Below are positions 47,432 through 56,847 of a stretch of DNA of 64,000 nucleotides, piece by piece. A model generated the notes under the pieces. That model was not told the origin of the DNA and did not search any database. It was given only the letters and a program-made list of their open reading frames with translations. Within the stretch, counting starts at the first letter, position 1. Every line of letters begins with the position of its first letter. The translations under genes were made by a program, and so were the position numbers. Source of the stretch: Candidatus Hydrogenedentota bacterium (lineage in GTDB: Bacteria; Hydrogenedentota; Hydrogenedentia; Hydrogenedentales; SLHB01); assembly GCA_045863335.1 (NCBI GenBank), contig BTVY01000009.1, positions 92,918-156,917 on the forward strand. The letters run 5' to 3'.

Positions 47432-49720
47432 ATGGTTGAACGGAGCGTCAATGCGATGGTGACAAGACTTTCCGGGATCGTACTTTTCTTTGTGATGTGC
47501 TTATCAGTTTGTTCGGAGGAACCTCCCTCAGCATTCACGATCGCCAACAGCGGCGGCGGCTTTACCGCGTCCCTGGGCGATGATGATTGGCTCCGGTTCA
47601 CAGCGCCACAACTCGGCAGTCTTCCCGCGGAGACACAGATCGAAGATCTCCCCGATGGATGGCGTAGGGTCCGCATGACGTGGTCCGTCGATGACCCGAT
47701 CCAACAGGACGAGTTGTCAATCCCCTTTGGCGTGCTGGTGGAACCGGACCAGTGGTGGGCGCCCCATCTCGCTCCGGAGGAGGGGTTCTGCATCGCCCAG
47801 CACGTCTTTCGCTCGCCAGCAATAATCGCGACGCGCGGCGATGCGGTCATGGTCGTTGTCCCCGATCTCGATATCGCGGGAGATCGTCCAGGTAACCCGT
47901 GGTTCATGGATTACGATGCGCCGGCCCGCGAGATGTGGCTCGGCATGACGCGCACCTCCGTCCCGCTCCACGTGTTGTTCAAAAAGGAATCGGGAATGGT
48001 ATTCGAGCCGGGAAATGTGGAGTTGGGCTTTTACGTGACGCTTTACAAGGACGACGAGGAGCCTTTGAATCCCTGGGCGCGCGTCACGCAGTTCCTTTGG
48101 GAACGCTACGGACATCCACTCTACCTGCAAGGCGAGCCGCTGCGCATCCCCATGGATACCTACGTCGATCACACGTACCGATGGGCATTTGATTCCTGGA
48201 AGGATTCCATGTGGCAAGAGTTCGAAATCGACGGCAAGAAGGTTGGCGGTCCCGCGTTCATCGTGAACGTGAGCCAATCCCCCAACTATCCCGGTCCGTG
48301 GTTTCAACGCGAGTTTTTGTCCATCTGGAATCAAGCCTGGTTCTCCACGCTTCGTGTCGGAGCGGGGATGCGCCGGTACGCCGTCCGCATGGAGAACGCG
48401 GATTTGCTGCGCCGCGCGGAGATGATCAAAGCGTTCACGCTTGCCGCGCCGCAGGAGGACGGGCTGTTTCCGTCCGTGTACCGCACGGACAACGAGAAGG
48501 TTGACGTCGACGGCGCCACGGTCGAGCGGCCGCGCCCCTGGAGCGAGGGGTACTGGGCAAATTCAAACCGGGTCCCCTGGAAGAGCGGCGTCACCGATCG
48601 TTGGTTTCACGTGCTCGATGCGAGTTGGACTGCTCTACTCATGCTGCGATGGTACGACGAGTTCGAGAAAGATCCCGCGCTCCTCGAATATGCGACGGCA
48701 TACGGAGACCGGCTGTTGACATTGCAGGATGCCGACGGGTTCTTTCCCGCATGGTTGCATCCGGAGACGGACGACCCTTGGGAGCACTATCGACAGTCTC
48801 CGGAAGTCAGTATGAGCGTCACCTTCCTGCTGAAGCTGGCAGACGTAACGGACAAGACCGAGTACCGCGATGCGGCATTGCGCGCCATGGATGCCGTGGT
48901 TCGCGACGTCATCCCCACCGGTCGCTGGGAAGATTTCGAGACCTATTTCTCCTGTTGCCAGTGGGGCTACCCAGAGTTCCTGAACCGGCAAATCCCGCGA
49001 AACGCCATGTACAAGCAGAACAACTTCTCCATGTTCTGGACCGCGGAGGCGCTTCTCGAAAGCTATCGCGCGACGGGGAACGATAAGTATCTTCGTTGGG
49101 GACGTCGAACCCTCGACGAGCTGAGCATGACGCAGCAAGTGTGGCAGCCACCCTTCATCCACATTCCCGCGCTGGGCGGTTTCGGAGTGATGAATTGCGA
49201 TGGCGAGTGGAATGATTCGCGCGAGTGTCTGTTCGCGGAACTGTTCATGGACTATTACCAGGTTACCGGCGATCATCACCTGTTCGAACGCGGGGTGGCC
49301 GCGCTCAAGTCCGCCTTCGTGATGATGTATTGTCCCGAGAATCCAGAGCAGAAGACCCTATACGAAAAAGTCCACCCCTTCTTCGGCCTCGAAGACTATG
49401 GATTCACCATGGAGAATTACAGCCACGGAGGCACGGCGTCCAAGGACGGGGAGGGAATCGGTCCGTTCACCATCTTCTCCTGGGGCAACGGGGCCGCAGC
49501 GGAGGCGCGCAACCGCATTCGCGATCACTGGGGCGACGTGTATGTCGATAGGACCCGTGGAGATGCATTCGGGATCGACAGTGTCGAAGTGTCGCTTAAG
49601 GACGGCGAACTGCGTCTGAAGGACCTGGCGAACACGCCGCGGCAAATACGAATTTGCTACGAAGATGGTACCAACGTGGAGACCGATTTGGAGGGAACCG
49701 TCTCGGTCACCGTGGATTGA
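47432..49720 (+). CDS. Secreted protein with probable (alpha/alpha)6-barrel glycosidase-like domain
   Basis: Signal-like N-terminus; helical repeats (LLTLQDADGFF, TDKTEYRDAA, TGNDKYL, TGDHHLFERG); Trp-rich. Confidence 0.55.
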   Translation: MVERSVNAMVTRLSGIVLFFVMCLSVCSEEPPSAFTIANSGGGFTASLGDDDWLRFTAPQLGSLPAETQIEDLPDGWRRVRMTWSVDDPIQQDELSIPFGVLVEPDQWWAPHLAPEEGFCIAQHVFRSPAIIATRGDAVMVVVPDLDIAGDRPGNPWFMDYDAPAREMWLGMTRTSVPLHVLFKKESGMVFEPGNVELGFYVTLYKDDEEPLNPWARVTQFLWERYGHPLYLQGEPLRIPMDTYVDHTYRWAFDSWKDSMWQEFEIDGKKVGGPAFIVNVSQSPNYPGPWFQREFLSIWNQAWFSTLRVGAGMRRYAVRMENADLLRRAEMIKAFTLAAPQEDGLFPSVYRTDNEKVDVDGATVERPRPWSEGYWANSNRVPWKSGVTDRWFHVLDASWTALLMLRWYDEFEKDPALLEYATAYGDRLLTLQDADGFFPAWLHPETDDPWEHYRQSPEVSMSVTFLLKLADVTDKTEYRDAALRAMDAVVRDVIPTGRWEDFETYFSCCQWGYPEFLNRQIPRNAMYKQNNFSMFWTAEALLESYRATGNDKYLRWGRRTLDELSMTQQVWQPPFIHIPALGGFGVMNCDGEWNDSRECLFAELFMDYYQVTGDHHLFERGVAALKSAFVMMYCPENPEQKTLYEKVHPFFGLEDYGFTMENYSHGGTASKDGEGIGPFTIFSWGNGAAAEARNRIRDHWGDVYVDRTRGDAFGIDSVEVSLKDGELRLKDLANTPRQIRICYEDGTNVETDLEGTVSVTVD

Positions 49721-49750
49721 CGGTCGCAATGAATCATCCGCGCGGATGAC

Positions 49751-51028
49751 TTAACCCACGACAGGCAATTCGTATCCTTCCCGATATGTGCGCGACAGCA
49801 GCCGCGTCGCTTCTTCGTCGCCGACGCATTCCACGCGATCCGCATCGAAGACAATTCGCCGGTTTACGCGGGTTGCGATGTTACCCAAATTGCTGAGCAT
49901 TGCCGACACGGCGCCTTCTGAGATAGGCGCGTTCAACCCCGCGGGGTTGTTTGCCTTGACACAGTCCAGGAAGTTGCGCGCGTTCGCAACGATATCCTGT
50001 CCGCCGCCGATCTGTTTGGGTTCCTCTCCGATAAACGTGACAAAACAGCCTTGCCGGCCCACTTCGACGGTCCCCTTATCCCCATAGAAGATGACGCCAT
50101 TATCGTGACCGTCCATCTTGTAGTCGGTCCACAACCGCATCTCGAATACGAGGTGGCAATCATCATACTCGTACGTCGCAAGTTGGGTGTCCGGCGTTTC
50201 GTGATCGTCGTCATAGAAAAGCTGTCCGCCCGGCGCGGTCACCGCGTTTGGCAGTCCGACGTTCAAGCCCCAACGGGCGATATCGATCTGGTGGACTCCG
50301 TCGTTGCCGATATCGCCAGTGCCATAGTCCCAGAACCAATGCCAATTGTAGTGCCACCGGTTTGTCGTAAACGCATGAAGCGGCGCCGGCCCCAGCCACA
50401 GGTCGTAATTCACGCCCTCAGGTGGATCGGATTCCGGCGCGCGGCCGATAGGTCCCCGAAGTTGGTGGTTGATTGCCTTGGCGAGCCGCACCTTGCCCAG
50501 ATTTCCCTCATGCAAGAATCGCATTGCCTCCCGGATGCCTGCGCCGCTTCGGCTTTGTGTGCCATGTTGCACGCACAGGCCCGTCTTGGCGGCCGCTTCC
50601 ATCAACACCACGCCCTCGTGGACATTGTGGCAACAGGGTTTCTCCACATAGACGTGCTTGCCGGCATTCAATGCGGCCAACGCCACCGGGGTATGCCAAT
50701 GGTCCGGAGTCGCGATGCTCACCGATTGAATCGTCGGATCGTCGAGTACCTCGCGATAGTCGTCATATCCGCGGGCCTCGGCCTTCTTGGAGGCCTCCTC
50801 CACGGCATGGGCCCGCCGCTCCGGATCCAGATCGCAGATGGCGACGACGTGACAATCGTCGAAGGAATTGAAGCTGCGCAAATGGGTATGCCCCTGCCCG
50901 CCGGTTCCAATTACAGCATGCCGCACGACATCGGTTTTTCCCTTGCGATCCTGTGCCATGACACGCTGTGCGGTAATGAGACCGGTACCGGCAATCTGGG
51001 CGAACGAACGGCGCGTAAGTGTATTCAC
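49751..51028 (-). CDS. Tat-exported Gfo/Idh/MocA-family oxidoreductase
   Basis: TRRSF signal, IGTGGQG, ATPDHWH, VYVEKP, YDLWLGPAP and GDIGNDGVHQID; GTG start after AGGAG. Confidence 0.9.
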   Translation of the reverse strand: MNTLTRRSFAQIAGTGLITAQRVMAQDRKGKTDVVRHAVIGTGGQGHTHLRSFNSFDDCHVVAICDLDPERRAHAVEEASKKAEARGYDDYREVLDDPTIQSVSIATPDHWHTPVALAALNAGKHVYVEKPCCHNVHEGVVLMEAAAKTGLCVQHGTQSRSGAGIREAMRFLHEGNLGKVRLAKAINHQLRGPIGRAPESDPPEGVNYDLWLGPAPLHAFTTNRWHYNWHWFWDYGTGDIGNDGVHQIDIARWGLNVGLPNAVTAPGGQLFYDDDHETPDTQLATYEYDDCHLVFEMRLWTDYKMDGHDNGVIFYGDKGTVEVGRQGCFVTFIGEEPKQIGGGQDIVANARNFLDCVKANNPAGLNAPISEGAVSAMLSNLGNIATRVNRRIVFDADRVECVGDEEATRLLSRTYREGYELPVVG

Positions 51029-51228
51029 GGTTGGAAGTCTCCTGATTCCTCTCCACAGTCGCAAAACATGCTAAACGGTCGCGGACTCGCAAGTCCGGTT
51101 GCCTTCATGGTAGCATGTGCCCGCCAAGATGGCGATTGATATTGTAGCACTATTACAAGTGCGCGGATTAATGCATCTGGAGCAGGGGTCCTGTGGTTCC
51201 GGGTGCCTACCAGTCGGAGGGAAGCTTC

Positions 51229-51594
51229 ATGCCGCGTAAGGCAAAGTCCAGTTCAAAATCCCGAACATCCAAAAGCCGCCGTTCGCGCCGCACGCGAGAA
51301 GAGGTGCAAGCGCTGATGGACTCCATTCACTCGGATGTTGCCGGCGGCGCGACGATCAAAGACGCTCTCAAGAAGGCGGGAGTCTCCTACAGCAACTACA
51401 ACTACTGGCGCAAGCGCGAGGGCACGCCAGCGGGCCGGGGCAAGCGCGGCGCACCCCGCACCGCGAGTGTCATGGGGCTCTTGGATGAGATGACCCGGAA
51501 CCGTCGCGACGCGGAATCGCTGCGCCAGAAACTCTCCCATCTCGATAGCCGTTTTGAAAAACTCAAGAAGCAGCTCGAGAGATCCAACGGCTGA
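51229..51594 (+). CDS. Small basic HTH plus coiled-coil protein (putative DNA-binding)
   Basis: Lys/Arg/Ser-rich N-terminal tail, HTH-like TIKDALKKAGVSYSNYNYWRKR, GRGKRG and a C-terminal heptad coil; GGAGG RBS. Confidence 0.7.
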   Translation: MPRKAKSSSKSRTSKSRRSRRTREEVQALMDSIHSDVAGGATIKDALKKAGVSYSNYNYWRKREGTPAGRGKRGAPRTASVMGLLDEMTRNRRDAESLRQKLSHLDSRFEKLKKQLERSNG

Positions 51595-51742
51595 GCCTGC
51601 GTGAATTCCCCGCGTTTTTCAATTATCCCCTGTGCAGCCCGCACACCATGTGTGGCACTGGCCGCGTGCGTTGCGCTGCCCATGCGGCCAGCGCCCGATT
51701 CTGCTCGTTTCACCGTAACGAAGCCACGATAGGAGATCACGC

Positions 51743-53083
51743 TTGGAGGCGCTCGATCAGATTCTCACGAAAGTCAGCGGTTGGGCATGGGGTCCACCCA
51801 TGCTTGCTCTACTTGTTGGCACCCACCTGTTTCTGACCTTCAGGCTCAGGGGAATCCAACGGTACCTCCTTAAGGCGATTCGCCTTTCCGTGACGCGGAC
51901 CGACGAGCAAGACGGCGACATCAGTCATTTTGGATCGCTGGCCACCGCACTTGCCGCGACCGTGGGTGTTGGCAATCTGGCTGGAGTGGCCACAGCCGTC
52001 GCGTCCGGAGGTCCGGGCGCCGTGTTGTGGATGTGGCTTACGGGCGTCTTTGGAATCGCTACCAAGTATGCGGAGGCGCTGCTGGCCGTGAAGTACCGGG
52101 TGACGACCGAAGACGGCCGGACCGTGGGCGGTCCCATGTACGCCCTCGAGCGCGGACTCAACGCGAAATGGTTGGGGATCCTCTTCGCTGCGTTCGCGGC
52201 TGTTGCCGCCTTTGGTATCGGCAATATGGTTCAAGCCAACACCATCGCGGAAGCACTCGACGATTCCATGCTTAACATCCCGCACGCTATTTGCGGGCTC
52301 GTTCTCGCCGGCCTTACCGGGATTACGATTTTGGGCGGCATCCGATCCATTGCCCGCGTCTGCGAAGCGTTGGTCCCCTTCATGGCGTTGTTTTACGTTC
52401 TGGGGTGCTTCGTGCTCCTCATCATGAACATATCGTCCTTGCCCGATACCATCATGACCATTCTGCGCAGCGCCTTTACTGGTGAGGCCGCCGTTGGCGG
52501 GTTTCTCGGGGCCGGCATGAAGGAGGCCGTGCGCTTCGGGATTGCGCGCGGGCTGTTCTCCAACGAATCGGGACTTGGTAGCGCGCCCATCGTTGCTGCG
52601 GCGGCAAAAACCCGAAACCCCGTGCGTCAGGCGCTCGTGTCGTCGACCGGTACTTTCTGGGATACCGTTGTAATCTGCCTGATGACCGGTCTGGTAATAG
52701 TGAATTCCGGCCACTGGCGCGACGGGCTCACGGGGATCGAGTTGACGCGAAGGGCCTTCGCCGATTTGTCGACTATCGGGCCGCTGGTCCTTTCGGTCGG
52801 CCTGATTACCTTCGTCTTCTCGACCATACTCGGTTGGTCCTACTACGGAGAGCGCGCCTGCGAATACCTCCTGGGCCGCTGGGCCATCCGGCCCTACCAG
52901 ATTCTCTGGGTGATTGCCGTGTTCGTCGGGTCAGTGGTTGAGGTCCCCATCGTTTGGAACTTCGCCGACATCGCCAACGCACTCATGGCCATTCCCAATT
53001 TGATCGCATTGCTGCTACTGAGCGGTGTGGTTGTGGCGGAGACGCGGAAGTACTTGTGGGAAGATTCAGACAATGAACCTTGA
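51743..53083 (+). CDS. Alanine/glycine:cation symporter (AGCS family)
   Basis: ATVGVGNLAGVATA...GGPGA.LWMW, GGPMY, RGLFSNESGLGS and DTVVIC.MT. Confidence 0.93.
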   Translation: MEALDQILTKVSGWAWGPPMLALLVGTHLFLTFRLRGIQRYLLKAIRLSVTRTDEQDGDISHFGSLATALAATVGVGNLAGVATAVASGGPGAVLWMWLTGVFGIATKYAEALLAVKYRVTTEDGRTVGGPMYALERGLNAKWLGILFAAFAAVAAFGIGNMVQANTIAEALDDSMLNIPHAICGLVLAGLTGITILGGIRSIARVCEALVPFMALFYVLGCFVLLIMNISSLPDTIMTILRSAFTGEAAVGGFLGAGMKEAVRFGIARGLFSNESGLGSAPIVAAAAKTRNPVRQALVSSTGTFWDTVVICLMTGLVIVNSGHWRDGLTGIELTRRAFADLSTIGPLVLSVGLITFVFSTILGWSYYGERACEYLLGRWAIRPYQILWVIAVFVGSVVEVPIVWNFADIANALMAIPNLIALLLLSGVVVAETRKYLWEDSDNEP

Positions 53084-53107
53084 TCTGAGCGATCGCATGG
53101 TGACGCA

Positions 53108-54097
53108 ATGAGTGGAATTCGCGGTCTGACAAACGCAATCGGCAATCTGTCCACCCGCTTCGTCGATTCCGCCGTGCTGTTCGCGGCCAATGAAGCCAAC
53201 GTTTTCTCACTGCTCGACTCCCCCACTGATGCCGAAACCGTCGCGGCACAACTCAGATGGCCCGTTCGAACGACACGAATGCTTCTTGACGGACTGGTTG
53301 CTATCGATCTTCTCGTAAAGTCCGGCAGCCAGTACCTGAACACCGAACTCGCCGCTACGTGCCTTGTTCCAGGCCGTCCTCACTATCAGGGCCATATCAT
53401 CCAGCACAACGCCAACTCAGCCTCGCTCTGGCTTCGACTCGGCGATTCGCTACGAACCGGGAACCCCGTGCGGGAGACCGGTGAAGACCGCAGCCCCGAG
53501 GAACTCCGCGCCTTCATTCTCGGCATGAGCGATATCGGGCGCTTGAGCGCGCGCGAGTTGCTTGATGCCGTCGATATCTCGACGCGTACGAACCTGCTCG
53601 ACGTGGGCGGTGGTCCGGGAACCTACGCCCTGACGTTCCTGGATGCCGTCCCGGGCATGCGCGCCACCATCTTCGATCGTCCCGCCGTGCTCGACATTGC
53701 GCGCGAACAGGCGGAAGCGGCGGGCATGCTGAATCGCCTTTCCTTCCACCCCGGCGATCTCACCACGGACTCACTCGGAGAGGGGTACGATCTGGTACTC
53801 GTGTCCAACATCATCCACAGCTATTCGGAACAAACGAACCGGAATCTAATATCGAACTGTTTCGAGGCCCTCGTGCCCGGGGGGATGCTGATTGTGAAAG
53901 ACTTTCTTACACACAACGATCGGAGCGGACCGGCATTCAGCCTGCTCTTCGCCCTTCGCATGCAGATCGCCAATGGAGAGGGCGATACGTATTCGTGCGA
54001 GCAGGTCGCATCTTGGACGGACGATGCGGGTTTTGACGGCGGGCGGCTCATAAACCTATCCCCCCAAACGCGTCTGTGGATCGTCTGTAAGCCGTAG
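53108..54097 (+). CDS. O-methyltransferase (Methyltransf_2 with dimerisation domain)
   Basis: LLDVGGGPG, IFD, GD, SNIIH and L.PGG.L; N-terminal winged-helix dimerisation region. Confidence 0.85.
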   Translation: MSGIRGLTNAIGNLSTRFVDSAVLFAANEANVFSLLDSPTDAETVAAQLRWPVRTTRMLLDGLVAIDLLVKSGSQYLNTELAATCLVPGRPHYQGHIIQHNANSASLWLRLGDSLRTGNPVRETGEDRSPEELRAFILGMSDIGRLSARELLDAVDISTRTNLLDVGGGPGTYALTFLDAVPGMRATIFDRPAVLDIAREQAEAAGMLNRLSFHPGDLTTDSLGEGYDLVLVSNIIHSYSEQTNRNLISNCFEALVPGGMLIVKDFLTHNDRSGPAFSLLFALRMQIANGEGDTYSCEQVASWTDDAGFDGGRLINLSPQTRLWIVCKP

Positions 54098-54140
54098 GCG
54101 GCACGCAGCGCCTATACCGGATCCGGGGCGGTTTCGGGGC

Positions 54141-54176
54141 AAAAAAAGGGAAAGCGCCACACCATTGGTGCGGCGC
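54141..54176 (-). terminator. Rho-independent terminator
   Basis: On the minus strand, the hairpin GCGCCGCACC-AAT-GGTGTGGCGC is followed by TTTCCCTTTTTTT, downstream of the 54221..54667 gene. Confidence 0.7.
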
Positions 54177-54220
54177 CTGCCATAACCAACTCTTGCGCCT
54201 TATCGCGGAATCAGCCCGCC

Positions 54221-54667
54221 CTATTCGAAAAATGTCTTGAAGTAATCCCCATTGTCGAGCAACGGCAGGTCGTATTGAACGAACTCCTCGAACTCCGAGT
54301 CGGAGATTAGGCGAGGCTTGAATTGCGCTTCTTCCTCGATTTCCGGGGAGGCTTCCTCCACTTGGGCCAAAGCCTCCGGCGAATAGTCTCTGAGGCTGTC
54401 GGCCGCTTCGGGCGAAAACTGCTCGACCACGGTCGCGATCCGGCTTTCCAAGAAGTCGATGAGAACGCCTTTCAGATGTTCATGTTTCTCTACTTCCGAC
54501 CCCTTAAGCATAAGCTCTTTGTCCAAGGGAAGGGCGCGACCGCAAAACACAACGACCATTTCGTCGCAGTTTGGACAAGGTCCCACTATCAACGCCCCGA
54601 GCGGAGGTAGTAGAATCTGTCCTCGTACCGAGCAATGGGGGCATCTAACCTCAACCATTGACAGCAT
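54221..54667 (-). CDS. Zn-ribbon (CPHC...CPNC) acidic protein of unknown function
   Basis: Two CxxC pairs plus a fifth Cys, an acidic C-terminal half, its own terminator and an AT-rich upstream region. Confidence 0.7.
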   Translation of the reverse strand: MLSMVEVRCPHCSVRGQILLPPLGALIVGPCPNCDEMVVVFCGRALPLDKELMLKGSEVEKHEHLKGVLIDFLESRIATVVEQFSPEAADSLRDYSPEALAQVEEASPEIEEEAQFKPRLISDSEFEEFVQYDLPLLDNGDYFKTFFE

Positions 54668-54904
54668 TTGTGTCTCGCTTTCTAGGGTCTTGAACCCTCA
54701 ACTGAATTGTATCATTCTGAAATGCGAAAAAGCAAATAAGGCCATATTTTATAGTTTTTATTGTTCAATTTATGCGATATATCACCTTACTTTACGGTAA
54801 GTATAACATGCAGGAGGCGACAAATTGCAAGAACAGTCCCGCCGAGGCCCGTTCCAACTTAACTGGATGGAGATCAGTTGTGCGGAGTATTCGGATTGGG
54901 AGTC

Positions 54905-55348
54905 TTACGTGGACCGCGTGCGCAGGGACTCAAGGATCGCGAGCGCTTCCTCATTGTCCGAGGTTTTCCGGTCGTGCCAATCCGGGTAAGTCAGGGGGGT
55001 GACACCGTAGACTTGATCCACGGTCTCAATCGTCACGGATGTGGAATTGCTGGTCACTTCTTCCATACGGATCGACAACTGCGTCCGGTGTGGGGTGAAG
55101 ATATAGAGGTGTCGCTTCATGGGGGTATAGGCGACAAACTCGCCGCGCTTGTCCCGCGTGTAGATGTCCAGTTCCAACTCGCGCAGAACGGCCTTGGTGT
55201 CTTGCCACGTCTCATCCAGGGGCTTGTTCACCGTGATGGTGTCCGTGATGGCAAACCCCGCCGTGTTCAGCTTGGCCCGAGCGCACCCCGTTGTGAAAGC
55301 GGATAGGACGAAAACCAGAACCAACAAGCTTGCAAGATGTCGCGTCAT
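54905..55348 (-). CDS. Lipoprotein of unknown function
   Basis: Signal peptide with lipobox TTGC; AAGGGG RBS. Confidence 0.7.
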   Translation of the reverse strand: MTRHLASLLVLVFVLSAFTTGCARAKLNTAGFAITDTITVNKPLDETWQDTKAVLRELELDIYTRDKRGEFVAYTPMKRHLYIFTPHRTQLSIRMEEVTSNSTSVTIETVDQVYGVTPLTYPDWHDRKTSDNEEALAILESLRTRST

Positions 55349-55460
55349 GGTATGTAAATCCCCTTGTTGCGGCGCATTCTAGCATAGCCTTGGGGTCCGC
55401 GCAAGCGTTTGACGGAGGGGAATCCCTTTGTTAAACTTGCTGCTCCCCAAGGAGTTGAGT

Positions 55461-56831
55461 ATGCCCGCTGATGCTCCGGCCGCCTCCGTGCTGCTAGTTG
55501 ATCGCGACCCGTCCATCACCAACGAAATCGTACCCTATCTGCGCGAACGGGCCTATCTCGTCGAATCGGTGGACGATGGTGAGAAGGCATACAATCGGCT
55601 TGACGCGCGTCCTTTTGATGTCCTAATCACCGAGCTGAACGCCCCCCGTATCAACGGCATGCGACTGATGGCCGTTGCCAAGGAGCGCAACCCGGAGATT
55701 TGCGTTGTCCTCATCACCGAAGAGCCGGACGTGGAACGCGCCACCGAGGCCATGCGCCAGGGCGCTGCAGACTTCCAGACTAAGCCCTTGAACTTGGGCA
55801 AGTTAGAAGCTGTGATCGAGAAGGGACTTGGCCGTCAGCGGCTGGTTCTTGAACAGCACGAGTTGCGCCGCCGCCTGGATGAACGGTATGGCTTGGGCAG
55901 TCTCGTGGGCCGCTCCCGGCAGATGGTTCGGGTTTACGATGCCGTTCGCCAGATCGCACCCTCCCGGGGGACCGTACTGATCCAGGGTGAGACAGGAACC
56001 GGCAAGGATCTGGTCGCCCAGGCCATTCACAATAACAGCCCTCGGCGCGACGGCAAGTTTGTCAAACTCAATTGCGCGAGTATCCCCGAGGCGCTGGTGG
56101 AAAGTGAGCTATTCGGTCACGTGGCCGGTGCGTTTACGGGCGCAACCCACGCGCGCGAAGGCCGTTTTGAACTCGCCGACGGCGGCACGCTCTTTCTCGA
56201 TGAAGTGGGCGAACTCACGCCCGCGCTCCAGGCGAAACTGCTTCGGGTATTGGAAAACCAGCAGTTTGAACGGCTCGGCGATTCCAAAACGATTTCCGTC
56301 GATGTGCGCCTCATCGCGGCGACGAACCGGCCTCTCGAGAAGTTGGTGGCGGAAGGGTCGTTTCGCGACGATCTCTACTACCGCCTGCGCGTGGTCATCA
56401 TCGAGATGCCCGCGCTGCGCAACCGCCGCGAAGATATCCCGCTTTTAGTAAACCACTTTTTGAATCTTGCCTGCGATGCAAACGGCAAATCAATCGACGG
56501 GATTACGCGCAGCGCCGTGGACGTGCTCATGCGGTACGACTGGCCGGGCAACGTTCGGGAACTACGCAATATTATTGAAGGCATGGTTATTATGGCGCGT
56601 CATGGTAAGCTGCTCGATGTCAGCGATGTGCCCGAGCATGTCCGCCGGAGCACGGTGCCGGAGGTCAGCGAGATTCGCATACCCACCGGCGTCCGCATGA
56701 GCGAGGTGGAACGTATTGTGATCGAAGAGACCATGAAAGTTTGCGGGTATAACAAGGAACGCTGCGCCAAGACCCTCGGTATCGGCCTGCGCACGCTCTA
56801 CCGCAAGCTCAAAGAGTTTGACATCCAGTAA
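55461..56831 (+). CDS. Sigma54-dependent activator (NtrC/AtoC family) with atypical receiver
   Basis: GETGTGKD, ESELFGH, GAFTGA, FLDEVG, WPGNVREL and Fis HTH (LGIGLRTLYRKL); AAGGAG RBS. Confidence 0.92.
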   Translation: MPADAPAASVLLVDRDPSITNEIVPYLRERAYLVESVDDGEKAYNRLDARPFDVLITELNAPRINGMRLMAVAKERNPEICVVLITEEPDVERATEAMRQGAADFQTKPLNLGKLEAVIEKGLGRQRLVLEQHELRRRLDERYGLGSLVGRSRQMVRVYDAVRQIAPSRGTVLIQGETGTGKDLVAQAIHNNSPRRDGKFVKLNCASIPEALVESELFGHVAGAFTGATHAREGRFELADGGTLFLDEVGELTPALQAKLLRVLENQQFERLGDSKTISVDVRLIAATNRPLEKLVAEGSFRDDLYYRLRVVIIEMPALRNRREDIPLLVNHFLNLACDANGKSIDGITRSAVDVLMRYDWPGNVRELRNIIEGMVIMARHGKLLDVSDVPEHVRRSTVPEVSEIRIPTGVRMSEVERIVIEETMKVCGYNKERCAKTLGIGLRTLYRKLKEFDIQ

Positions 56832-56847
56832 TCGCTGGAGGATTCCT

